Source: Spirochaetia bacterium (lineage in GTDB: Bacteria; Spirochaetota; Spirochaetia; DSM-2461). Taken from it: a stretch of DNA of 64,000 bases. The translations under genes were made by a program, and so were the position numbers. The DNA is taken from assembly GCA_963668315.1 (NCBI GenBank), contig OY764216.1:3360001-3424000 (forward strand), written 5' to 3'. Under the pieces are notes generated by a model. It did not search any database, was not told where the DNA came from, and worked only from the letters and a program-made list of their open reading frames with translations. This document shows, piece by piece, positions 57,601-64,000 of the stretch (positions are counted from its first letter, which is position 1; the number at the start of each line of letters is the position of its first letter).

Positions 57601-60144
57601 ATCCCCATAGTTAAGCTGGGAATAGTGGATGAAGGTGACTTTGTCTCCCTGAATTACCTCCTCGATGAAGATCTCAACCTGTCCTTTTCCTCTCTGGATC
57701 TTGAATCGGACATCAGCGAATATGCCTATGAGCCGGTATTCTATGAGGAAGGCCAGTGGAAATCCCTGGGTGATGAAGTACGGGTTTACAAGGCTGATGG
57801 GGAAATTATCGCCGAAACTGTCCCGGAGACTTTAGATGATTACGAAGTGCTTTACTACAAAGTGTCGGCTTATAACAACACCGGTGATGCTTCTACCATG
57901 CCCGGTTATTCCAACGGAGCGGCAAATTACAACGATGTCCCCGTCATTACCGATGCGGTGGGCCAGGCTTCAGACGGAACGATTATGGTCACGTGGAATG
58001 TGGAAAATGATATTCCCCTGGAAGCGGTGTATCTCGAACTCGAACCCCTTTTCGGATCAAGCTATACCGTTTCTGAGATGACGGTCTCCGGTTCTCTCCG
58101 GACCTATTGTTTCACCGATGTACCCGATGGCTTCTACAGGGCTAGATTAACCTGCAAGGCCGTTTATGGTACCGTCTCCGATACGGAAGTTGTCAGCAAC
58201 GCCATCGTGGTAGATTCGGACGCTCCCCTTGTCTCCGCATTCCAATATGACGCCTATGTCTATGATACATTGAATTATTCCTTTGCCATGGCAGACTCCC
58301 TTTCCGGAATTGCCGGGTATCGATACCGCGTCGGTACGGTGGGACAACCCGATCTGCTGACCCAGGGATGGGTTGTTAAGAATACGAGTGCTGCCGTCAT
58401 TTCGGGAAGTATCTCTATAGAGGATGAGTTATCCGGAGGCATTGATTCACTCAATCCCGCCGACGGCGTTCTCCTCTCCGTTCAGGCGGTGGACCGATGC
58501 GGGAACTGGTCGGATATCAGCTATAGCAATCCCATTATCATTGACAGGACAGCCCCGGCTACCCCGACCGTATCCATGAATAGAGTTGTAGAGGTGGATC
58601 AGGAATTGACTGGGGCCGATCTGGAAAGCTATACCCGTGATAATGATTATATTGTCAGTTCCACGGAGATTGGGAACCTGATCATCAACAGCCTCGATGG
58701 GGAGAGCGGTCTGAAGAGCTATCGCTGGGCAGTCCGGGCAACCGATGATACTTCCGATCTGACATGGTCCGATTTTATACTCCTGGATGGGGATAGCATC
58801 GAAAGCAGTACCATAGAAGCCTCCCTGGATACGGAAGGAATCCTGTTAATGGAAGACAACCTGACCTACCGGACCTATATCGAAACCAGGAATCAAGTGG
58901 GACTTGTCTCTGAATGGGGAGTCTCCGGTGATTTCCTCGCCGATTTCACGGCCCCTCTCTTTGAGATAGACGGTGAGAATTCCGGCGTCGGTTATGTGAA
59001 TGGTAAGGTTATTGTAAATGGAACCGACAGTGTTACTCTTACCGATGTGGTAGAGGAAAGCGATATCCTGATTATGGATTATTCCTGGGATAATGCGGAT
59101 GGGGAAGTGGTGAGTGAAGGGACTGCCTATTACTTCGGACGGGAGAACTTTTCTGCCATAACCGTTCCTTTCGAACTTCCGGAAGGGAGTGATAATGGTA
59201 ATTACGAGTTGACTGTGACTTTGAAGGACTCCGGCGGTTTCGCAACGACGAAAACACAATCCCTCCGCTATAATGCAGCCCCTGTGGTAACCGTATCGGA
59301 ACTGAGCACCAATCCGAAGCGACCCCTGGCCTGGGATGTCTGGAGCTCCGTTTACGATGCGGACGGTGTGACCGAAGTCAGTCTGGAGGTTCTGGATTAT
59401 CAGGGCGAGATTGTCGATCAGAGTGAAATCTCAGCGGGCCTGGACTATACGATTGAACTGGGGCATCCCGATTCAACGCCCCTGGCTCAACACTCCGTTT
59501 ATACCTTGGCCGTGACAGCAACCGATGGTTTCGGTCAGACCTCTACTAATGAGGTTACTCTGAATATCTACAATACTTCGGAAGGTCTGCTTTACACCAA
59601 TGAATACTGGTCCGATGGGCATTGGCTGACCGGTTTGGTTACGATCCCCGAAGGTTTGGGCCTGACAGTCGCCGATGGTGCGAGCATAAAGATGAATCTT
59701 ACCGATGAAGATGATGCCCCGGGACTACTGGTTGAGGAAGGCGCTACTCTATCCCATGAAGGAAGCGCTACCTATGAGTGGGGGAGCGAACAGAGTTCCT
59801 ACTGGCAGGGTATTTTCATGAAGGGAGAGGGTGATCTGAATGGAATTACCATTAGTGGGGCTTCTAGGGGAATCATACTGGATTCTGAATCGGTTATATC
59901 CCTTCAGAATATTAACTTCGACGGAAACCTGATAGGTCTTCACCTATTGGGTTACAGCCCGGAAATCCAGGATTGTACTTTCACGAACAACGTCTACTAC
60001 GGCGTGAAGGAAGAAGGGGATTGTACACCCTCGCTCTCTGGAAATACCTTCAGCGAGAACGGATATGACTATTACGATTCGGAGGAAACCGTAATGGATG
60101 GTGACCAGGCGGAAGGCATGAGTGCCGCAGGAAATGGGAACTAG
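51607..60144 (+). CDS. Giant secreted acidic protein with Ig/Fn3-like repeats and a C-terminal beta-helix; paralog of 2..6343
   Basis: Signal peptide (MKNKKILCILFFQMIIHYLFA; start may be ATG 51613). Shared motifs with the first ORF, e.g. 'D-x-GDY-I/V-NP', 'YSNGII-x-DTS', 'NGYDYYD'. Confidence 0.8.
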   Translation: MLMKNKKILCILFFQMIIHYLFAEYDVSNNFCNVRDVSYSPSITVSSDKIIREQFFLRWLKPKSNTTYNNYCYMIFLDSDKDGEFNGNKQIFNWTGIGSSSAYDVDIDISILDSGGNDRIIYFEENIGNNGYYETSVDGFYKARNAYNSSGIFEKEIDLSSFEGLTSGDTIGVIVAAAQGNAFKQSSGIIQPTSCSLFYYRTSLILDKSVLNPSLIISQYNDDALNHLYANIIDDNSILYYSSQALEEDKKIFFHEFTDSPSGLNSLIINGDEDILYSEVGNLLFSFPFSGEINNTYQFMDNIANYSDLVNVRTINDDIKPYLLDEQATISYIDIRNLDKFSYIFSQNITDAQKLGGLYGSGLYQYSEEISVSVNDTETITNYNNQYEDDVPITNNQNEEGNTIIISNPYNPISPSGVYILTDSFEKRFDNFLYDIKYLWKVSFIDNLFNVADNLIDIVFGRTRPPKIGSGDSDEDPIVIDGNTVIAKVQLGKQYDDDDIGIESIHFSYGDISYGKEILMSDIIEIEPDDNGFTVTATVEFSIPPEIALQKGIDFSVYGEYKNSNDSDPVLYHYMRPNTELAPDSNDIALTVMNSQGIAYPSLSMNDSTGYSENSYIFFYVPESVDAQQNGYTIDLFPSTDIEDDVLTLVLTAAEDNSLAESIDIVSGHVLFSSNYPLSNIGVKESYQVSDRQGNLIDQNILKTFSVQLESDDSLILDGGELNTEILYDMNGDGKNYLFWEYHFPDVVTDKSGIQSIIVDCDYTNDESFEKTFSFRGTDDFNGAVFNGSFLLDELEEGTDLNVDLRLSINDWAGNNVTISPSVYYDYKNPIVLESSRSEDDGTGSVLGLANRDTDENDLYFSSYDNTGKEIRIKLDCSDFTGNEICTITPSMVSFGYAIGTMENGTAGTFIDTDPESMGTDGEAFVTITYTGEDTIPSNERLRFTLSYEDRAGNVSVQDYFVYTPCFLDMNFTDYVHLSEDQYDAILGHNFKFEKLTDTVDFEISRYTEVGGRELGASSLSFGDDKFDYGYYLDPHNVPHEYGQYLMLGKNGSGYCYDNSGANPGLKETFEGKNNIPVLTRGDSLVNGVFADDSYILGPESTWNYVVTDPDEEDEYVIKAFLSPSGQEPTEDDLITLDEYGSLLDGGNIDLSSLLTDDETLSSQKNYVINGQEYTLYLLAEDSWTSRVDGEPQSRDFCIADEGAETFNFTYDNESPSLVYQYEKNSGYSYIYGDINLSVTDNAAGLQDISLDDQTSDSLEGFISLETLSDSEYSHRISDIPDSTELNTVYLELIDNVGNSNRVSIGPFAKDSLAPVLDSVGIKELTPLGSTYYLNDLEVPVSLTWSDGTSGGEDVEYRFYQEGENVFTGKTSVGSSSKSEPAWDLFCSLSGYSFNNDIYELRVRLFDKAGNGSEWMSVLSSLVFDTTSPVIRITGLSGGSLYGGAYYLNRDNDVTLSTSLTEVNPASEDPDYRIQNEEVTLTGNNLADLLDESSVSDGEEYELSVGIADLAGNFGWSEPVTLRIDETAPAMASDSLVYGGNATSFYSGGQFRFSLENVDDDLAGFFVTIGQEEDGTFQPSLSELITGHLSDGSVAFSYIPGSVYNINIPDVESGNYTIQVYGVDHTGNVGAMTEMDTHLPIDNSQGRVIVKDSSIYTNNSHALSAYWEYKEGEDSVVDEEDSINGYYYRIYSVAENQPVTAWNYTSEGSADYLFENALTNGDTYFFEVYAVFDSGHLTYTGYSSGAIVDLVAPDVQALSLPEYSTLSGLSLSWSASDSETFIESVEAMVEIYDYDDEGNLLFDTEEIDGNEIKTARKIVSGPYMLGNGETGEDVAVFSAEEAAAFDLPDGESLFVVLRITDRAGNVKETSAGVCIKDDSAPPSPVVIDLGDYVNPLYNSLAFDWTHSPIDGDSGFKEYTYQILADGTSPGDEWIPIDGNSLTLTKGEGDDIIYTLSDGSELTLDNGSHVRMALRVTNRAGLSTVGYSNGIILDTSKPEIPIVKLGIVDEGDFVSLNYLLDEDLNLSFSSLDLESDISEYAYEPVFYEEGQWKSLGDEVRVYKADGEIIAETVPETLDDYEVLYYKVSAYNNTGDASTMPGYSNGAANYNDVPVITDAVGQASDGTIMVTWNVENDIPLEAVYLELEPLFGSSYTVSEMTVSGSLRTYCFTDVPDGFYRARLTCKAVYGTVSDTEVVSNAIVVDSDAPLVSAFQYDAYVYDTLNYSFAMADSLSGIAGYRYRVGTVGQPDLLTQGWVVKNTSAAVISGSISIEDELSGGIDSLNPADGVLLSVQAVDRCGNWSDISYSNPIIIDRTAPATPTVSMNRVVEVDQELTGADLESYTRDNDYIVSSTEIGNLIINSLDGESGLKSYRWAVRATDDTSDLTWSDFILLDGDSIESSTIEASLDTEGILLMEDNLTYRTYIETRNQVGLVSEWGVSGDFLADFTAPLFEIDGENSGVGYVNGKVIVNGTDSVTLTDVVEESDILIMDYSWDNADGEVVSEGTAYYFGRENFSAITVPFELPEGSDNGNYELTVTLKDSGGFATTKTQSLRYNAAPVVTVSELSTNPKRPLAWDVWSSVYDADGVTEVSLEVLDYQGEIVDQSEISAGLDYTIELGHPDSTPLAQHSVYTLAVTATDGFGQTSTNEVTLNIYNTSEGLLYTNEYWSDGHWLTGLVTIPEGLGLTVADGASIKMNLTDEDDAPGLLVEEGATLSHEGSATYEWGSEQSSYWQGIFMKGEGDLNGITISGASRGIILDSESVISLQNINFDGNLIGLHLLGYSPEIQDCTFTNNVYYGVKEEGDCTPSLSGNTFSENGYDYYDSEETVMDGDQAEGMSAAGNGN

Positions 60145-60149
60145 GAGTA

Positions 60150-63100
60150 ATGAAGATGAAACTTTTAAATAAAACACTTTTAAGCCTGACGATGATTTTC
60201 ACCTTGTCTTCCCTCGTCTGGGGACAGTCAAGCAATCAGAATGAAATAGATAGGATTAATGAATCGGGGATTCTGGGAGACGCCCGGTTGGAAAGCATGA
60301 GCTTTTCCAATAATTATGGAAATCTGACTCCCCCCGAACTGATGCTGGATCAGGATGTGAGTACTTCGTATGGATTAACCGAAACGGCGGGATCTGCCTG
60401 GGTCCGGTTGGATTTTCAGGATCCTGTGTATCTGTATGGCCTAACCTACGAGGGCCTCGTTCCCGAGGGCGGCATGATCTTTCTCCAGACCGAGATAGAT
60501 GATCGGATCGTGACCCTGCCTTCGGGCTATGTGAACGGCAGCAGAAGTAACGGTTTGATTGATGTAAGCCTGGAAAGGATGGTTAGTGATAACCTGATCC
60601 TCCGAATCGAAGGGGAGGACCTTTCTGCTTTTCGTCTGGATGAGATTGAATTGATAAGCGAAGCTTCCGACAGTATCCTCCAGAAGAAAGAGCTCGTGCC
60701 CGAGGATCAGAGCTATAACCGGTTCTCTTTGAATAACGATAACCTGCTTGTGGACGGGCAGATCGGAACCGTTTGGAATAATACAAACAGGGGCATGAAG
60801 AATCAGGTCTACTGGATGTTCCGTCGTGTTTTGCAGGAAGGGTATCATGATTTTGAAAAGTGGAGAGTAAAGGATGACCTCATCCTGAATGTGATTACCC
60901 CCGGAGAGATGGAATTCCTGAAGATCTTCTTTACCGAGGAAGCCCAGGGAACATTAACCCTTTCAGTTCACTCCGATGATAATTGGGTCGACGCGGTGGA
61001 GATGCATCTTGAACGGGAAAGGGGATGGCAGAAGGTTGATCTTTCCCTTTTGGGAGAGATCGACCAGATAAGATTCTCTATGGAAGATCCCCGGCAGCGT
61101 TGGAAGCCCGGAGTCTATGGCGGCATTGGGGAAGTGGAGCTCTGGGCTAAGGATAAACCTGATCAGAACCGTATTATAGATCTTTTGAATCCGGACAGTC
61201 TTGTAAACAGCAAGGGCCTTGTTTTTGATATCCCCGATCTGCGGGAAGAGAATCATTGGCTTGAAATTGCGGAATCCGGTTCCAGTGAGACCCTTCCTTC
61301 TATCTATCTGAATAGTCTTGAATTGGGAGAGGGGATCCGATTTGAGTCTAATGGCATGACTTACTGGGAGGTCCCCGTTCCCTATTATATTCTGACGGAT
61401 ACGGCTAATACATTAAGGGTCGATTCTACCGATGACAGGGACGTTATTTCTCTTCAAATTTCCACTCGGAAGGGTAATCCGAATGACTTCAGCGATCCTC
61501 ACCTCAACGACGGTCGGCTTCTGAGCGGCCGTGATTATTCCGAGACTCCCCTGGAGGAGTCTTTCAATTCCGGTGAAATGGATATTGAAGAGTTTCGTCT
61601 TTATCACGGTGAGAATGGTTCGGAAAATGTCTACGTTGAGGATGGTGGAATCCGAACTTCTTTGATCGCTCATGATAGTAACTCGTACCGGGATATCTAT
61701 ACCGTTGAGGGAAAGGCGGATCTCTTAGGGATGGGATTCCCGGGGGATCTTTATGAGATGGAAATCGCCGGTTCTCAGAATGAAATCCTGACTCCCCAAA
61801 TAAAACTGATCTACCCCGAACCGGGAGTAGAACTTCCCCAAAGTTCCACCCACCATCAGAAGGTCATAGGTATCACCGACTATCCGGAAGGACGCATTAC
61901 GGTTAACGGCGTGAGAGCCCAGGTAAGTGGTAACTACTTCTGGGTTGAAATGCGGGATTTGAGGATTAATCAGCCCGGCGAGTATGATATAACCGCAGAA
62001 GTGCGGCATCGCAATGGAAATACCGGAAGCGATGTCGCTCCCATTTTGGTTGAAGATGAAAGTATTTCCCTTCTGCTGGATCAGAATGACGATCTCTACT
62101 ACACCCGGGAAGGTTCATTTACCTTCTCAGGTAATGTCCGGGGTGGATATATTGATCTCGTTGCTAACGGGGAAACTATTGAAGTATCCCGAAGGGACGG
62201 TTTTACTAAGACATTTGCTCTGGATGAGGGCCTGAACTATTTTACCTTCCAGCTGATGGCCCGGGACGGAGAAACGATTCTGAAAAGGGAAGTCAGACAG
62301 GTCTTCTTTCAGGCTAGCACGGGAGGGCTTAAGGTAACATCCCCCGTCAGTGGTGGTTATACAAACCAGGAAAACATTACCGTCTCCGGTTCCGTAATTC
62401 CCTGGGGATTGACCTCTGTCTTTGTCAACGGTACAGAGGCTACCATTGATGGTCAGACTTTCAATTGCGTCTGTCCTCTTTCCGAAGGGGAGAATATTCT
62501 GACCGTTTCGGCTAGTTATGATACGGGGGATGTCTTTGATGTACAGATAACCGTATACAGGGATAGTACCAGCCCGGTTATTATTTCAGTAGAACCGGCG
62601 GATGGTACGATTTCCGGGGATTCATCGATCATCGTCTCCGGTTATGTGCAGGAAGACAATGCCTTTACTCTCTTTATCAACGGAACTGTTATTGAAACGG
62701 TGGGAGCCTCTTTCCGCACCTTGACGCCTCTTGCGTCGGAGGGAAACAATTCCATTCAGATCACCGCCAGGGATCGTGCTGGCAACGAGGCTGTCTATCC
62801 GATCTTTCAGATCTTCCGGGATACTACAGGGCCTGTTCCTTTTACGGTCAGTTCCAATGTCAGTGGTTGGACGAACAATAATAGACCTATCATAAGCTAC
62901 TCTACTAGTGATGAGGGTATCGGTCTGAGTCACTACGAAGTCTCCATAAACGGCCATGCTTTCTACCCCCAGGAGAGTCCTTACCAGGTTCCCTATCTGC
63001 CTGATTCAACGGATGATGAAGCGGTCCCTGTCATCGTCCGTGCCTATGATCTCTTAGGGAACTATACGGACAGTGAGATAGACTTTTACATAGATACGGT

Positions 63101-64000
63101 AGCTGCCGATGTGCCTTCAGATTTTAGAGCGATACCGGGCAAAGATGATCTAGAACTAAAATGGATTGAAACGGATGATGATGTTTGTTCCTATATATTG
63201 CAGATAGATAATGAAGAGGTCAACGTTTCGAGTGAGATGGGGGTAGAAGATGAAGAGAATAGTATAGTTCTCTTTTCCTATCGGATTGAAGATCTTGAGG
63301 TGGGGGATGTTCTTTCTTGCCAGCTTTTATCAGTAGATAGAGCTGGAAACCTCAGTGAGTCGGTTGATACCACAGGTCTAGTAGGATTATCTATTGTATC
63401 TTTGGTAGAGGATGAACCATTGATCGTTGAGTATGATGATGTTAATCTTTTTATTTCACCGGATACTTTGCCTGATGAGGTTACGGAAGTTATTGTTCAG
63501 GAATTAGAGAGTGAGCCGTTTAAAGAGAGCGCTGTAAATCCAATTCTCTCTCCTGTTTATAGTTTTACCGCATTAACAGCTGATGAAATCAAAAATCACA
63601 TTGTTTTTGATGATTTGTATGTTGGAACTATGGAATATAATGAGAAACTTATTCCTGAGGGCTTTCCTGAATACAATCTTGCCGTGTATTATTTCGATAC
63701 TAATTGGTCTAAATGGGTTAAGGTGGATAGATCTGCGGTTGACGTAGATCACAATATGATTGTTTTTTCCTCGGATCATTTTACCGAATTTTCCGTACAA
63801 GCCACAACCATGGAGGATATTACTCCTCAGGAATTAGCTGATGTTAGCTTTCCTCAGTTTTCAAATAAAATAGCCCATACTCCTGTTACTGTATCACCTC
63901 AGGGAGGTAGTGTTTCTACGTCTATGACAGAGTTAGTACTTCCTGGAAAGAATGGATTGGATCTTGATATCCGAAGGATCTACGATAGTGCTACTGCAAG
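60150..64000 (+). CDS. Second secreted RHS-type protein, N-terminal part (3'-partial, not in the ORF track); paralog of 6348..16643
   Basis: Manual translation of both ends: MKMKLLNKTLLSLTMIFTLSSLVWGQ...SAWVRLDF and, in the same frame, SDHFTEFSVQ...HTPVTVSPQGG...LPGKNGLDL, matching the first RHS protein. Confidence 0.88.
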   Translation, partial: MKMKLLNKTLLSLTMIFTLSSLVWGQSSNQNEIDRINESGILGDARLESMSFSNNYGNLTPPELMLDQDVSTSYGLTETAGSAWVRLDFQDPVYLYGLTYEGLVPEGGMIFLQTEIDDRIVTLPSGYVNGSRSNGLIDVSLERMVSDNLILRIEGEDLSAFRLDEIELISEASDSILQKKELVPEDQSYNRFSLNNDNLLVDGQIGTVWNNTNRGMKNQVYWMFRRVLQEGYHDFEKWRVKDDLILNVITPGEMEFLKIFFTEEAQGTLTLSVHSDDNWVDAVEMHLERERGWQKVDLSLLGEIDQIRFSMEDPRQRWKPGVYGGIGEVELWAKDKPDQNRIIDLLNPDSLVNSKGLVFDIPDLREENHWLEIAESGSSETLPSIYLNSLELGEGIRFESNGMTYWEVPVPYYILTDTANTLRVDSTDDRDVISLQISTRKGNPNDFSDPHLNDGRLLSGRDYSETPLEESFNSGEMDIEEFRLYHGENGSENVYVEDGGIRTSLIAHDSNSYRDIYTVEGKADLLGMGFPGDLYEMEIAGSQNEILTPQIKLIYPEPGVELPQSSTHHQKVIGITDYPEGRITVNGVRAQVSGNYFWVEMRDLRINQPGEYDITAEVRHRNGNTGSDVAPILVEDESISLLLDQNDDLYYTREGSFTFSGNVRGGYIDLVANGETIEVSRRDGFTKTFALDEGLNYFTFQLMARDGETILKREVRQVFFQASTGGLKVTSPVSGGYTNQENITVSGSVIPWGLTSVFVNGTEATIDGQTFNCVCPLSEGENILTVSASYDTGDVFDVQITVYRDSTSPVIISVEPADGTISGDSSIIVSGYVQEDNAFTLFINGTVIETVGASFRTLTPLASEGNNSIQITARDRAGNEAVYPIFQIFRDTTGPVPFTVSSNVSGWTNNNRPIISYSTSDEGIGLSHYEVSINGHAFYPQESPYQVPYLPDSTDDEAVPVIVRAYDLLGNYTDSEIDFYIDTVAADVPSDFRAIPGKDDLELKWIETDDDVCSYILQIDNEEVNVSSEMGVEDEENSIVLFSYRIEDLEVGDVLSCQLLSVDRAGNLSESVDTTGLVGLSIVSLVEDEPLIVEYDDVNLFISPDTLPDEVTEVIVQELESEPFKESAVNPILSPVYSFTALTADEIKNHIVFDDLYVGTMEYNEKLIPEGFPEYNLAVYYFDTNWSKWVKVDRSAVDVDHNMIVFSSDHFTEFSVQATTMEDITPQELADVSFPQFSNKIAHTPVTVSPQGGSVSTSMTELVLPGKNGLDLDIRRIYDSATA

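Noticed and set aside
1..64000. CRISPR array, rRNA, tRNA, reverse transcriptase/DGR, complete prophage
   Set aside because: I saw no regularly spaced repeats, RNA-gene signatures, RT motif, or capsid/terminase genes by eye; a tRNA could be missed without a scan.

Overview
This is an accessory polymorphic-toxin locus, probably from a spirochaete (inferred only from the protein and lipobox style). It holds two paralogous gene pairs, each a giant Ig-like/beta-helix protein followed by a Sec-signal RHS protein (2-16643 and 51607->64000). A type II secretion (gsp-like) operon at 41248-51196 is divergent from the second pair. Downstream of the first rhs gene is a tandem array: RHS-CT1/immunity1 - [rep module, DDE transposon, truncated parA, primase-ATPase, two tyrosine recombinases] - RHS core repeat + CT2/immunity2 - [BrnTA, XRE, two small genes, parA, primase-ATPase, two tyrosine recombinases] - RHS core repeat + CT3/immunity3 - HicB-like gene, IS3, parE relic. 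The main hypothesis is a family of self-replicating integrative elements that insert into the conserved RHS core and replace the toxin tip. Sequence support: (i) a 26-bp block identical in all three core copies; (ii) element right ends that fold back onto the adjacent RHS core sequence; (iii) element-specific iteron-like repeats; (iv) two families of structured non-coding repeats downstream of the immunity genes. All family assignments are by-eye motif recognition; no database search was run.
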